From: Clostridiales bacterium
GTDB taxonomy: Bacteria > Bacillota > Clostridia > TANB77 > CAG-508
Direction: 5' to 3'
Length of the DNA: 64,000 nucleotides
NCBI GenBank assembly: GCA_003525075.1
Contig: DQFO01000014.1
Location: 64,032-128,031 of the forward strand
Below, one piece after another: positions 49,007-60,125 of this stretch. The translations under genes and the position numbers were made by a program. The notes beneath the pieces are model-generated. The model searched no databases and was not told where the DNA came from. It worked only from the letters and a program-made list of their open reading frames with translations. Position 1 is the first letter of the stretch. The number at the start of each line of letters is the position of its first letter.

Positions 49007-50068
49007 TTATTCCTTTTCATCTAAAAATTCTGGATATTTTTCTAATATTTCTAGTTTGAATTTTCCTTCTTTCATTTTTTCATCTTGTTCAATTATTAAA
49101 TCTAATTCATATACATCTTTCAATTTTTGAATATTTTCCCTTTTATGTCCAACAACATTATTTACATCTTTAGGATTAATTATAATTTTTACCCTTTTTA
49201 CCTTAGTATTCATTTCTTTTATTCTTTTTAATATATCATCATACCATAAATTTGCTTCTACTAATTGTCTAAATGCTGGATGATATGGACCTGCAACTAC
49301 TTCACTTCCTTTTACAGATGGATCTGTTATTTCATCTGTATTTTGAAGTCCTATTCTAATTATATCTATTCCTTTTTCTCTAAATATTGGTACAATCTCT
49401 TTACATGTTTCTACAGCTTGTACAACTGTTAATGGCTTATATTTTCCTTCTAAATAATCTTTTTCAAGTTTTGTATTATGTATTACTAACACAGGATAAA
49501 TTCTTACCATTTTTGGTTTTAATTTAATTAATTCTTTTGCTGTATTTATTTCATCTAATCTAGTACTTTCTGGCAAACCTACCATCATTTGATGTCCTAG
49601 ATAAAATCCATACCATCTGATTAATTTTGATGCTTTTTTTACATCTTCAAATGTATGCCCTCTGTGACTTTGTTTTAATATATAATCATTTGCAGATTGA
49701 ACTCCTAATTCTATTGTTCTTACTTTATATTTCTTCAATCTTTTTAATATATCTTTATTTATATAATCAGGTCTTGTTGAAACTCTTATACTATCTATTC
49801 TTCCATCTTTTATAAATTTATATGCTGTTTGTAGAAATTCTTCTTGTTTGTCTACATCAATTCCAGTAAAACTTCCACCAAAAAATGCAACTTCTTTTTT
49901 TGCTTCTTTATCTTTTATGTTCTCTAAATAAAAATTAATTGTTTTTATTATATCTTCTTTTGTTATCATTTTTTGTTGACCACTTATTGATTTCTGATTA
50001 CAAAATACACAATCATTTGGACATCCTAAATGTGGTACAAATATTGGAATTATATAACGTTTTTTCAT
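49007..50068 (-). CDS. Radical SAM protein (TIGR01212/ELP3-like)
   Basis: CPNDCVFC (CxxxCxxC) at the N-terminus. 353 aa. Confidence 0.75.
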   Translation of the reverse strand: MKKRYIIPIFVPHLGCPNDCVFCNQKSISGQQKMITKEDIIKTINFYLENIKDKEAKKEVAFFGGSFTGIDVDKQEEFLQTAYKFIKDGRIDSIRVSTRPDYINKDILKRLKKYKVRTIELGVQSANDYILKQSHRGHTFEDVKKASKLIRWYGFYLGHQMMVGLPESTRLDEINTAKELIKLKPKMVRIYPVLVIHNTKLEKDYLEGKYKPLTVVQAVETCKEIVPIFREKGIDIIRIGLQNTDEITDPSVKGSEVVAGPYHPAFRQLVEANLWYDDILKRIKEMNTKVKRVKIIINPKDVNNVVGHKRENIQKLKDVYELDLIIEQDEKMKEGKFKLEILEKYPEFLDEKE

Positions 50069-50102
50069 ATTTTTAATTCCTTTCTTACATTATATATTTA
50101 TT

Positions 50103-50771
50103 TTATTTTAAGATTTCAAGAGCTTTTCTTGCAGCTTCCATTTCTGCAATTTTTTTAGATTTTCCTTCACCTATTGCAAGTTTTTTTCCATTCCATTCTA
50201 CTTGTGATACAAATATTTTTGCATGGTCTGGTCCTTTTTCATCTATTATTTCATATTTTATGCTTGTTGTTCCATGTGCTTGTAGTTTTTCTTGAAGTAC
50301 TGTTTTATAATCTTTTTGTCCAACATGTTTTGTTGCAACTTCAATTTCGTTTTTTAAATTATCTATAATAAATCTTTGAGCTTCTTCTAAATTACTATCT
50401 AAGTACATTGCTGCAATTACTGCTTCAACACTGTCTGCTAAAATGGCCTTTCTAATTTGCTCTTTTCCTTTTATTTCTGAATTTCCTAAATATAAAAATT
50501 CATTAAATTTTAGTCTTGTTGCTATTTTATACAAACTATCTTCACATACTACTGTTGCTCTTACTTTTGTCATCTCCCCTTCTTTTAATGTTGGATAATT
50601 TTGATATATATATATACTTGATATGAATTCTAATATGCTATCACCTAAAAATTCTAGTTTTTCATTACTTTGAACTCCTTTTTCATAAGCATATGATGTA
50701 TGTGTTAATGCTCTTTTTAGTAATTCTTTATTTTTAAATGTATATCCTATATTTTCTTCTAAACTCTTCAT
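50103..50771 (-). CDS. rnc: Ribonuclease III
   Basis: RNase III signature ERLEFLGDS and a C-terminal dsRBD. Confidence 0.9.
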   Translation of the reverse strand: MKSLEENIGYTFKNKELLKRALTHTSYAYEKGVQSNEKLEFLGDSILEFISSIYIYQNYPTLKEGEMTKVRATVVCEDSLYKIATRLKFNEFLYLGNSEIKGKEQIRKAILADSVEAVIAAMYLDSNLEEAQRFIIDNLKNEIEVATKHVGQKDYKTVLQEKLQAHGTTSIKYEIIDEKGPDHAKIFVSQVEWNGKKLAIGEGKSKKIAEMEAARKALEILK

Positions 50772-50935
50772 GATTTATTTAACTTACCTCTTTTTTCCAT
50801 TATTATATGTTTCTATTTTACTATATCAAATAAAAAAATGCAATAAGAAAAGTGACTTTGTCAACTTTTCTTAACACGATTTGAGTTTTCTACTTGTAGT
50901 AGAAAATCTCAAAGGGAATAGCGATTGGAGCATCA

Positions 50936-50974
50936 TTTTATTATGCAAAAATTATAAATTTTTGCATAATAAAA
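50936..50974. promoter_or_regulatory. Perfect 18-bp inverted repeat with a 3-nt centre in the acpP-rnc spacer (candidate operator or structured RNA)
   Basis: TTTTATTATGCAAAAATT-ata-AATTTTTGCATAATAAAA. Confidence 0.5.
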
Positions 50975-50998
50975 AGGACATGTTTTTTAACATGCCTA
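50973..50998 (-). terminator. Intrinsic terminator after acpP
   Basis: On the minus strand: GGCATG-TTAAAAAA-CATG(T)CC followed by TTTTTTATT. Confidence 0.5.
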
Positions 50999-51011
50999 TC
51001 TTTTGTTTTTA

Positions 51012-51251
51012 TTATACATTTTCTTTTATGTAATCTACTACATCTCCAACTGTAACAACTTTTTCTGCATCAGCGTCTGGAATTTCTATATCAAATTCTT
51101 CTTCTAATGCCATAACTAATTCTACTATATCTAAAGAATCAGCACCTAAGTCATCAATGAAAGATGCTTCTAATGTAACTGCTGTATCAGCTACACCTAA
51201 TTGTTCAACAATTATTCCTTTTACTTTTTCAAATACTTCTTCTGAACTCAC
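51012..51251 (-). CDS. acpP: Acyl carrier protein
   Basis: DLGADSLD phosphopantetheine site. Likely a GTG start ([11 protein letters not shown]) preceded by GAGGGGGTG; the ORF track's upstream ATG would add 7 aa. Confidence 0.9.
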   Translation of the reverse strand: MSSEEVFEKVKGIIVEQLGVADTAVTLEASFIDDLGADSLDIVELVMALEEEFDIEIPDADAEKVVTVGDVVDYIKENV

Positions 51252-51317
51252 TACAAGTTCACCCCCTCTCAATTTTAAATGATATATTTCATTTAATTTT
51301 CAAATGTTTCTTTAACA

Positions 51318-51346
51318 TTTATATTATATGTTTATTATTTTGTCAA
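51318..51346 (-). promoter_or_regulatory. Putative sigma-A promoter for acpP (TTGACA, 17-nt spacer, TATAAA)
   Basis: Read on the minus strand: TTGACA at 51346-51341, a 17-nt spacer, then TATAAA. Confidence 0.4.
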
Positions 51347-51390
51347 GCATATTTGGATTTTTTTTATTTTTTATACTAACCATTCAATAT

Positions 51391-52416
51391 TTAAGCTTTA
51401 TTAATTTGTTCAAAGTGCTCTATCATCTTATCTACAGCTTTATTTTCAACAAATTTTTCAGCTTGTTTTATTGTAAATTCAAATAGTTTTTCATCACTAC
51501 TTCCATGTGCTTTTACAACTGGCTTTTTTACTCCTAAGAATAATGCTCCTCCATATGATTTATAATCCATTGTCTTTTTAAATCTATTAATTGCTGGCAA
51601 ACATGGTATTGTTCCAATTTTAGCAAATATATTTTGTGTTAGACTTTCTGATAAAGTTCTTTTTACAAATTTTCCAAGTCCTTCTGTTGTTTTCAAAAAT
51701 ACATTTCCTGTAAATCCATCTGTTACTATTGCATCAACTTTTCCTGAAAATGCATCTCTTCCTTCAACATTTCCTATAAAGTTTATTCCTAATTCCTTTG
51801 ATTTTTCTTTTAATAACTGATAACTTTCTTTTACTAACTCATTTCCTTTTGTTTCTTCTGTTCCTATATTTAATAAACCTACTGCTGGTTTTTCAATTCC
51901 AAATGTGTTTCTTAAATATATTGTTGACATTTGAGCAAATTGTAATAAGTTAATTGGTTTACAATTTGTATTTGATCCTGAGTCTATTAATAATAATTGG
52001 CTTTTATATGCTGGTAATATTCCTGCTAATGCTGGTCTATCTATTCCTTTTATTCTTCCAACAATTAATGTTGCTCCTGCAAGCAATGCTCCTGAATTTC
52101 CAGCAGATATGAATACATCACCTTCGTTTTCTTTTAGCATTTTAAATCCAACTACCATTGATGAATCTTTTTTGTGTCTGATTGCATCTGTTGGTCCATC
52201 TTCCATTTCAATTGTTTCTGTTGCATTTTTTATTTTTAGTCTATCTGATACTTCTTCAATTTCTTTTCCTGTAAATTCTTTTACTTTGTTTCTTATTACT
52301 TCTTCTTTTCCTACTAATGTTATTGTTGCTTTTATTTGATTAACTGCTTTTAATGCTCCTTTTATATTGGCATCTGGTGCATTGTCTCCTCCCATTGCGT
52401 CTAGTAATATATTCAT
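51391..52416 (-). CDS. plsX: Phosphate acyltransferase PlsX
   Basis: 341 aa, PlsX family (MGGDNAP; GNVEGRD). Confidence 0.9.
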   Translation of the reverse strand: MNILLDAMGGDNAPDANIKGALKAVNQIKATITLVGKEEVIRNKVKEFTGKEIEEVSDRLKIKNATETIEMEDGPTDAIRHKKDSSMVVGFKMLKENEGDVFISAGNSGALLAGATLIVGRIKGIDRPALAGILPAYKSQLLLIDSGSNTNCKPINLLQFAQMSTIYLRNTFGIEKPAVGLLNIGTEETKGNELVKESYQLLKEKSKELGINFIGNVEGRDAFSGKVDAIVTDGFTGNVFLKTTEGLGKFVKRTLSESLTQNIFAKIGTIPCLPAINRFKKTMDYKSYGGALFLGVKKPVVKAHGSSDEKLFEFTIKQAEKFVENKAVDKMIEHFEQINKA

Positions 52417-52520
52417 TGTTTCATTTCCTTTCTTATTATGTTTGTTATATTTTGCTATTATTCTTATTCATGATGTTTCTATTTTATTATTGTTTTATTA
52501 AAATTGCAATAGTAATCAAT

Positions 52521-52556
52521 AAAAAACCATAGAAATTTATATTTCTATGGTTTTTT
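52521..52556. terminator. Bidirectional intrinsic terminator
   Basis: AAAAAACCATAGAAAT-ttat-ATTTCTATGGTTTTTT. Confidence 0.7.
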
Positions 52557-52559
52557 GTT

Positions 52560-53693
52560 TTATCTTTCTTCGTCTTGTTCTTCATCCGTTTTAAAAGTTA
52601 ATTCAAAGTCTTCTTGTTCCTTATCCTGTATTAGCTGTTCTTGTTGATGTTGTTCCCCTTCTTTTGCTTGTTCATTATCTTCTTGACACTCTTTCTTTAC
52701 TTTTTCTCTATATTCCTTTGATTTATCAATAACTTCTGAATTTTCTTCTACTTTTTCATCTTTTTTATTTTTAGAAAAAATATTAGAAATTTTACTTCCT
52801 AAATTTTTAAATACTTCTGCTAATTTAGAATTTTTTATTTTTGTAACAATATTTTCTTTTTTTATTATTGCTGGTAAATTATTTCCCTGGTCTTTTACAG
52901 TTTTATCATTTTCTTCAATTTCTTTAACAGATATCATTCTTTCTTTTAATTGTCTTTTTAATTCATCTTGCTTTTTTACTGCATCTTTCCCACCAATTAT
53001 TCCTGATACCATCAAAGATTGCTGTGTTTCGATAAGTTCCTTTAACTTACCTATTTCTTTATCATCTTTTTCAACATCTTCTATTACTTTTTCCCATTTA
53101 TCTATATCAGTTTTAGAAACTCTTTTTAATTCAGAAATTTTATTTTCATTATTAACTAATTGTTCTCCATACTTTTCACCAACAATTCTTCCAGAAGCAA
53201 ACATTGCTCTATGATTTTCAACCATTTCCTTAGTTTCATCATATCTTTTATTTATCTCTGGTGCAGATTTTATTTTCTCTTTATATGCTATTGCCAATTC
53301 TCTCTTATAAGCCATAATTTTATTATGAGGAATTTCCCTCATACTAGCTAATTCTTTTTTATATTCTTCTATTTGTTTGAAATATCCCTCTGATACTTGT
53401 CTTCCAGATATAACCATTGCATTATGTGATTCAATTAATTCTGACAATTCATTTATTCTATTATTATTTTTTTCATATTCATCTAGTTTTTTCTCGTATT
53501 CATTTACTTTATCATCTATCTGTTTTTCACTTATAACAGACATACTAGAATATTTCTCTTTCATAGATTTCAATTGTTCAAAATACATCTCTCCTACTTT
53601 TTTTCCTGAAGCAATTACAGCATTATGATTTGCAATTTCCTCTTCTAAATCTTTTACGTTTTTATTATTTTCATACATTTCTGATATTGTCAT
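52560..53693 (-). CDS. Hypothetical protein with four tandem repeats of about 57 aa
   Basis: Repeats HNAVIASGKKVGEMYFEQL / HNAMVISGRQVSEGYFKQI / HRAMFASGRIVGEKYGEQL / QQSLMVSGIIGGKDAVKKQ embedded in charged helical sequence. Acidic C-terminal tail. Confidence 0.55.
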   Translation of the reverse strand: MTISEMYENNKNVKDLEEEIANHNAVIASGKKVGEMYFEQLKSMKEKYSSMSVISEKQIDDKVNEYEKKLDEYEKNNNRINELSELIESHNAMVISGRQVSEGYFKQIEEYKKELASMREIPHNKIMAYKRELAIAYKEKIKSAPEINKRYDETKEMVENHRAMFASGRIVGEKYGEQLVNNENKISELKRVSKTDIDKWEKVIEDVEKDDKEIGKLKELIETQQSLMVSGIIGGKDAVKKQDELKRQLKERMISVKEIEENDKTVKDQGNNLPAIIKKENIVTKIKNSKLAEVFKNLGSKISNIFSKNKKDEKVEENSEVIDKSKEYREKVKKECQEDNEQAKEGEQHQQEQLIQDKEQEDFELTFKTDEEQDEER

Positions 53694-53929
53694 ATAAAAT
53701 CATCCTTTCTTTACATAAAATTACAGCAACTAGTTTTATTTTAGCACAATTTAGCATAATTGTCAACTTTATGTAAATTAAACTAGTATCATCTAAACTA
53801 CCATAATTATAACTTATACAATAAAAAAAGTATATTTCAATATCATTAAATTTTCATTACAATTTTATTACAATTTTCATGCTTTTTTGATATATGACAA
53901 TTTTGTCTATATTAGGTACTTGTTTCCGA

Positions 53930-53975
53930 ATACAAAAAGAACTATGAAAAATTCATAGTTCTTTTTGTATTTATT
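53930..53975. terminator. Intrinsic terminator downstream of tuf
   Basis: Perfect 17-bp stem ACAAAAAGAACTATGAA / TTCATAGTTCTTTTTGT with a 3-nt loop. Confidence 0.6.
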
Positions 53976-53981
53976 CAAATA

Positions 53982-55184
53982 TTATTCAATTATATCAGCA
54001 ACAACACCTGAACCAACTGTTCTACCACCTTCACGAATAGCGAATCTTAATCCCTTTTCGATAGCGATAGGTGTAATTAATTCAATTGTCATTGATACGT
54101 TATCACCTGGCATAACCATTTCTGTTCCAGCAGGTAATTCAATAACACCTGTTACGTCTGTTGTTCTGAAATAGAATTGTGGTCTGTATCCGTTGAAGAA
54201 TGGTGTATGACGTCCACCTTCTTCTTTTGTTAGAACGTATACTTCTGATGTGAATTTTGTATGTGGATGTATTGTTCCTGGTTTACATAGTACTTGACCT
54301 CTTTCGATGTCTTTTCTATCAATACCTCTTAATAATGTTCCGATATTATCTCCAGCTTCAGCTTGGTCTAATAATTTTCTGAACATTTCAACACCTGTTA
54401 CAACTGTTTTCTTTCTTTCTTGTGATAATCCTATGATTTCAACTTCGTCAGAAACTTTAACTTCTCCTCTTTCTACTCTACCTGTAGCAACTGTACCACG
54501 TCCTGTGATTGTGAATACATCTTCAACTGGCATTAAGAATGGTTGGTCAATTGGTCTTTGTGGTGTTGGGATATAGCTATCAACTGCATCCATTAATTCT
54601 TTCATTGGAGCATAAACTGGATCGTTAGGATCTGTTGATGTGCTCTCTAATACTTTTAATGATGATCCTTTTACAACTGGAATTTCGTCTCCTGGGAAAC
54701 CATATTCTGTTAATAAGTCTCTAACTTCCATTTCAACTAATTCTAATAATTCTGGATCGTCAACCATATCACATTTATTTAAGTAAACAACGATGTATTT
54801 TACACCTACTTGTCTAGCTAATAAGATGTGTTCTCTTGTTTGTGGCATTGGTCCATCAGCTGCAGAAACAACTAATATTGCACCATCCATTTGTGCAGCA
54901 CCTGTGATCATGTTCTTTACATAGTCAGCATGTCCTGGGCAGTCAACGTGAGCATAGTGTCTTGTATCTGTTTCATATTCAACGTGAGCTGTATTAATTG
55001 TGATTCCTCTTGCTTTTTCTTCTGGTGCTCCATCGATTTGATCATAAGCTTCGAATTTAGCTTGACCTTTTAATGATAAATATTTTGTAATAGCAGCTGT
55101 TGTTGTTGTTTTTCCATGGTCTACGTGTCCGATAGTACCGATGTTAACGTGTGGCTTTGTTCTTTCAAATTTTGCTTTTGCCAT
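53982..55184 (-). CDS. tuf: Elongation factor Tu
   Basis: [18 protein letters not shown]. 400 aa. Confidence 0.95.
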   Translation of the reverse strand: MAKAKFERTKPHVNIGTIGHVDHGKTTTTAAITKYLSLKGQAKFEAYDQIDGAPEEKARGITINTAHVEYETDTRHYAHVDCPGHADYVKNMITGAAQMDGAILVVSAADGPMPQTREHILLARQVGVKYIVVYLNKCDMVDDPELLELVEMEVRDLLTEYGFPGDEIPVVKGSSLKVLESTSTDPNDPVYAPMKELMDAVDSYIPTPQRPIDQPFLMPVEDVFTITGRGTVATGRVERGEVKVSDEVEIIGLSQERKKTVVTGVEMFRKLLDQAEAGDNIGTLLRGIDRKDIERGQVLCKPGTIHPHTKFTSEVYVLTKEEGGRHTPFFNGYRPQFYFRTTDVTGVIELPAGTEMVMPGDNVSMTIELITPIAIEKGLRFAIREGGRTVGSGVVADIIE

Positions 55185-55328
55185 TTTTTATTCCTCCTTA
55201 TTTTTTTGAGATTTCTCTCTATATTTTAAATTTAATAACGTATTTTATTTTGCACTTGCATTTTATAACATTTCAGCCTAAAATGCAAGCGTTTTTACAA
55301 AATTCACATATTTCTTTATTTTAGTGTA

Positions 55329-57413
55329 TTAGTTTTCTTTCTTAGCTCTTGAAGCTACGATTGCTTCTAATACTGATTTTGGAACTTCTTCATAATGAGA
55401 TGGTTCCATAGAGTATGTTCCTCTACCTTGTGTTTTTGAACGTAAGTCTGTAGCATAACCAAACATTTCTGATAATGGTATGAATGCTTTTATTTCTTGC
55501 ATTCCATCATTTGCTTCCATTCCTTCCATTCTACCACGTCTTGAGTTTACATCTCCAATAACATCTCCCATGTATTCTTCTGGAACTGTTATTTCTACTT
55601 TCATTATTGGCTCTAATAGAACTGACTTAGCTTGTTTACATCCTTCTTTGAATGCCATTGATGCAGCTATTTTGAATGCCATTTCTGAAGAGTCAACTTC
55701 ATGGTATGATCCATCTACTAATGATGCTTTGAAATCGATTACTGGATATCCAGCTAAAATTCCTGTTTCAGCAGCTTCTCTTAAACCTTGTTCAATTGGT
55801 TTAATATATTCTTTTGGAACTGCTCCACCAACAATTTTACTTTCGAATTCAACACCTTTACCTGGCTCTAATGGTTCCATTTCAAACCATACGTCTCCGT
55901 ATTGTCCTTTACCACCAGATTGACGGATAAATTTACCTTGAACTTTAACTTTATTTCTTATTGTTTCTTTGTAAGCAACTTGTGGTTTACCTACATTACA
56001 TTCTACTTTGAATTCTCTCTTTAATCTATCAACAATGATATCTAGGTGTAATTCACCCATACCAGCAATGATTGTTTGACCTGTTTCTTGATTTGTATAA
56101 GCTTTGAATGTTGGGTCTTCTTCAGCTAATTTTGCTAAAGCTATTCCCATTTTTTCTTGAGCAGCTTTATCTTTTGGTTCAATAGCTATATCAATAACTG
56201 GTTCTGGGAATTCCATTGATTCTAGAATTATTGGATGTTCAGGATCACATAATGTATTTCCTGTTGTAACATCTTTTAATCCAACTGCAGCAGCAATATC
56301 ACCAGCATATACTTTTTCAATATCTTCTCTGTGATTTGAGTGCATTTGTAGAATTCTTCCAATTCTTTCTTTTTTATCTTTACTTGAATTTAAAACTGTA
56401 GATCCTGTTTCTAATGTTCCTGAATATACTCTAAAGAAACATAATTTTCCTACAAATGGATCTGTTGCAATTTTAAATGCTAATGCAGCAAATGGTTCTG
56501 AATCAGATGTTTTAGCTTCTGTTTCAACACCATCTAATGTTGTTCCTTTGATATGTGGTATATCTAATGGAGATGGCATATAGTCAACTATTGCATTTAA
56601 TAATTCTTGTACACCTTTGTTTTTATATGAAGAACCACATGTTACTGGAACGATTTGATTTGCTATTGTTCCTTTTCTTAATGCTTTTTTGATTTCTTCT
56701 TCAGATGGTTCTTTTCCATCTAAATAATTCATCATTAATTCTTCATCTTGTTCACATGCAGCTTCAATCATTGTAGTTCTCCATTTTTTAGCTTCTTCTA
56801 ACATATCTTCTGGAATATCTGTTTCTTCAATTTCTTTTCCTAAATCATCTTTATGAATGAATGCTCTCATTTTAATTAAATCAACAATTCCTCTAAAGTG
56901 ATCTTCTGCTCCGATTGGTAATTGAACTGGTACTGGATTTGCATGTAATCTATTTTTTAATTGGTCAACGCAAAGCATAAAGTTTGCTCCAACGATGTCC
57001 ATTTTATTTACATATACCATTCTTGGAACTTGGTATTTATCAGCTTGTCTCCAAACTGTTTCTGTTTGTGGTTGAACTCCACCTTTTGCTGCTAATACTG
57101 TAACCGCACCATCAAGTACTCTTAGAGATCTTTGTACTTCTACTGTAAAGTCAACGTGACCTGGAGTATCAATTATATTGATTCTGTTATTTTTCCAGAA
57201 ACATGTTGTTGCAGCAGATGTTATTGTTATACCTCTTTCTTGTTCTTGTTCCATCCAGTCCATTGTTGCAGCACCCTCGTGAACTTCTCCTATTTTATGT
57301 GTTTTCCCTGTATAGAATAATATTCTCTCTGTTGTTGTTGTTTTACCAGCATCAATATGAGCCATTATTCCTATATTTCTAGTTCTTTCTAGTGGGTATG
57401 CTCTTCCTGCCAT
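55329..57413 (-). CDS. fusA: Elongation factor G
   Basis: [17 protein letters not shown]. 694 aa. Confidence 0.95.
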   Translation of the reverse strand: MAGRAYPLERTRNIGIMAHIDAGKTTTTERILFYTGKTHKIGEVHEGAATMDWMEQEQERGITITSAATTCFWKNNRINIIDTPGHVDFTVEVQRSLRVLDGAVTVLAAKGGVQPQTETVWRQADKYQVPRMVYVNKMDIVGANFMLCVDQLKNRLHANPVPVQLPIGAEDHFRGIVDLIKMRAFIHKDDLGKEIEETDIPEDMLEEAKKWRTTMIEAACEQDEELMMNYLDGKEPSEEEIKKALRKGTIANQIVPVTCGSSYKNKGVQELLNAIVDYMPSPLDIPHIKGTTLDGVETEAKTSDSEPFAALAFKIATDPFVGKLCFFRVYSGTLETGSTVLNSSKDKKERIGRILQMHSNHREDIEKVYAGDIAAAVGLKDVTTGNTLCDPEHPIILESMEFPEPVIDIAIEPKDKAAQEKMGIALAKLAEEDPTFKAYTNQETGQTIIAGMGELHLDIIVDRLKREFKVECNVGKPQVAYKETIRNKVKVQGKFIRQSGGKGQYGDVWFEMEPLEPGKGVEFESKIVGGAVPKEYIKPIEQGLREAAETGILAGYPVIDFKASLVDGSYHEVDSSEMAFKIAASMAFKEGCKQAKSVLLEPIMKVEITVPEEYMGDVIGDVNSRRGRMEGMEANDGMQEIKAFIPLSEMFGYATDLRSKTQGRGTYSMEPSHYEEVPKSVLEAIVASRAKKEN

Positions 57414-57483
57414 GTAATTATTCCCTCCTTTTTTTCATTTTATGATTGAAATAATTGTTACACTTTTTTTCTCAATCTAAATT

Positions 57484-57954
57484 TTACCATTTATAATGTG
57501 CAAATGCTTTATTAGCTTCTGCCATTCTATGTGTATCTTCTTTCTTCTTAAATGCTCCACCGTTTCCATTAACAGCGTCCATGATTTCACCAGCTAATTT
57601 CTCAGCCATTGTTTTTTCATGTCTTGTTCTAGCATATGTTACTAACCATCTTAAACCTAATGTTTGTCTTCTTTCAGGTCTAATTTCTAATGGTACTTGG
57701 TATGTTGCTCCACCAACTCTTCTTGCTTTTACTTCAAGAACTGGCATGATGTTTTCTAATGCTGCTTCAAATACTTCTAATGGATTTTTTCCTTCTTTTT
57801 CTTTTATTATATCAAAAGCATCATAAACTATTCCTTGAGCAACTGATTTTTTACCATCTAACATTATGTTGTTAATTAATTTTGTAACAACTTTGCTATT
57901 GTATATTGGATCTGGTAATACATCTCTTTTTGCTATAAATCCTCTTCTTGGCAC
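57484..57954 (-). CDS. rpsG: 30S ribosomal protein S7
   Basis: 156 aa with a canonical S7 sequence. Confidence 0.95.
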   Translation of the reverse strand: MPRRGFIAKRDVLPDPIYNSKVVTKLINNIMLDGKKSVAQGIVYDAFDIIKEKEGKNPLEVFEAALENIMPVLEVKARRVGGATYQVPLEIRPERRQTLGLRWLVTYARTRHEKTMAEKLAGEIMDAVNGNGGAFKKKEDTHRMAEANKAFAHYKW

Positions 57955-58130
57955 TATTCTTCACTCCTTTTCTTTCTGAGATTTGCTCTCTTATTGATGA
58001 TATCTATAAGATATCTAAGTTACTCTGAAAATCTATTGATTTTCCGTTTAGTGCTACATTATCTATTCTAAATTTAAGTACCTTAATTTAGTAAGATGTG
58101 CATGCACTATAAAATAAATCCTTTATCGAT

Positions 58131-58544
58131 TTATTTTTTTGGGCGTTTTGCTCCATATTTTGAACGTCCTTGCATTCTGTCTTTTACACCTGCAGTATCT
58201 AATGTTCCTCTGATAATATGGTATCTAACACCTGGAAGGTCTTTTACTCTTCCTCCTCTGATTAGAACAACACTATGTTCTTGTAAGTTATGTCCTATTC
58301 CTGGGATATATGATGTTACTTCATAACCATTTGAAAGTCTAACTCTGGCAACTTTTCTTAAAGCTGAGTTTGGCTTCTTTGGTGTTACTGTTTTTACAAC
58401 TGTACATACACCTCTTTTTTGTGGTGCTTTATTGTTTGTTAATGTTTTGTTTTTTGAATTCCATCCATGTTGTAAAGCTGGTGCTGTTGATTTTGCCTTT
58501 GTTGATTTTCTTCCTTTTCTTACTAATTGATTAATTGTTGGCAC
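58131..58544 (-). CDS. rpsL: 30S ribosomal protein S12
   Basis: [12 protein letters not shown]...PNSALRK. 137 aa. Confidence 0.95.
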   Translation of the reverse strand: MPTINQLVRKGRKSTKAKSTAPALQHGWNSKNKTLTNNKAPQKRGVCTVVKTVTPKKPNSALRKVARVRLSNGYEVTSYIPGIGHNLQEHSVVLIRGGRVKDLPGVRYHIIRGTLDTAGVKDRMQGRSKYGAKRPKK

Positions 58545-58689
58545 TTAAATTTCACCTCTTTCCCTAATTTTACTTAATTTTAAAAATTAAATTAACCGCA
58601 AACAAATTATTAAAAATAATTCGTATTGCGGTTAATATTTTATCATTTTTTTCCTATTATGTCAATGTTTTTTATATTAAATTTATTAA

Positions 58690-59973
58690 TTATTCTTTAT
58701 TTCCTTCTGGTAATATATTTGCACTACTTATATTAAATATTTTCTTCATAAAACATTTTATTTTTTCTGATAGTGTTACATTTCCAATTATATCTACTAA
58801 TGCATTTTGTGTTGAATTTTTTACTATTTTTTGTAAAATTTTTATTTCTTTTTTACTTATTTTTGCTTCATTTATATATGATAAATTATATGTTATAGCT
58901 GGTAATATATCTGAATCGTAATCATCTATTGATGAAAATGACATTACATAGTTATATACTAAATTTTGAGAATCCATATCATATTGTACTGCATATCTAT
59001 CTAAAATTTCACAAACAATTGGATCCATTTTCTTTATTGCTATATTTCTTAAGTTTCTATAGTTCTTTGCTGAATATTCTATTAACTCTCTTTTCCATGT
59101 TTCTCTTTCAAATTTTTCTTTTTCTAATATTTTTTCTTTAATAGGATATATTTTTATTGTTGTTTCATTACTTAATTCTGCTTTATATATTAATTCACCA
59201 TTTTCTACTTTTACAACAATATTCTTTATCGTTGTTGGTTCTTCTGTATTTGTATTAACTAATTGATTTTCTTCAGTTTCTTCTAAAGTAATTATTTCTT
59301 TTTCTAAATTTTTAGTTATTTCATTTATATTATTATAATAATCTGTTAATACTGGATCAATAGCAATTTCTTCAATAGGTTTTAGCTCTTCATTTATTAA
59401 TTGAACTTGTTCGTTTTCTTCTTTATTTTCAATTTCTTGTTTTTCTATTATTTCATTTATTTGTTCAGATTGTTCTTGGCTTTCTTCTATTTCTGTAGTT
59501 GAAAATAAATTAATTACATCAACAATTTGATTATGTTTGATCAATCTTTTTGCAAACATAATTCTAGCCATACTTTGTCCTATTTCATTTATGTTATCTG
59601 TTAATTCATAAATTTCTTCTGGATCAAGATTGTCTCTATTTTCTTCTATTTGTTCACTAATAATTCTACTTTTTCTTACACTTTCAGCAATCAAATTATC
59701 TATTTCTATAAATGCTTGTTCTCTAACTCTTAAAAGTTTAGAATTTATTTGATTTTGAAACCATTGGCTTTGGTTTCCTAAATCTGATATTTGTTTTCCT
59801 AAGCAATTTACTTCTGACCAAACATCTTCATCATTATTTATTTTATTTTGTGCTTTTTTTGTATTTCTTTCTTTTGCTAATTCATTTCTTTTGCTTTCTA
59901 TATCTCTTATCTGAGCACTTAAAACTGCTTTTTCATTAACAAATATATCTAATTCATTAATTAATTCTTCCAT
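58690..59973 (-). CDS. Glu/Asn-rich hypothetical protein (427 aa)
   Basis: Long ORF. Coiled-coil-like, acidic N-terminal two-thirds, then a C-terminal globular region. No motif recognised. Confidence 0.5.
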   Translation of the reverse strand: MEELINELDIFVNEKAVLSAQIRDIESKRNELAKERNTKKAQNKINNDEDVWSEVNCLGKQISDLGNQSQWFQNQINSKLLRVREQAFIEIDNLIAESVRKSRIISEQIEENRDNLDPEEIYELTDNINEIGQSMARIMFAKRLIKHNQIVDVINLFSTTEIEESQEQSEQINEIIEKQEIENKEENEQVQLINEELKPIEEIAIDPVLTDYYNNINEITKNLEKEIITLEETEENQLVNTNTEEPTTIKNIVVKVENGELIYKAELSNETTIKIYPIKEKILEKEKFERETWKRELIEYSAKNYRNLRNIAIKKMDPIVCEILDRYAVQYDMDSQNLVYNYVMSFSSIDDYDSDILPAITYNLSYINEAKISKKEIKILQKIVKNSTQNALVDIIGNVTLSEKIKCFMKKIFNISSANILPEGNKE

Positions 59974-60125
59974 CTTTTTTTAACCTGTTATATTAAGTTG
60001 ATTGCTTCTTAATACATTCCTTTCTTTTGTTATTTCCGAATTTTATTCATTTGTTATTCTATCATATGACTTTATTTCTTGCAAGAGTTTTTTGTCAATT
60101 TTTTTAATATTTTATCATTTTTTGG

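Noticed and set aside
58100-58135. AT-only hairpin (AAATAAATC...GATTTATTT) overlapping the rpsL stop codon
   Set aside because: A 9-bp all-A/T stem in a 27% GC genome is expected by chance and is too weak to be a terminator inside the str operon.
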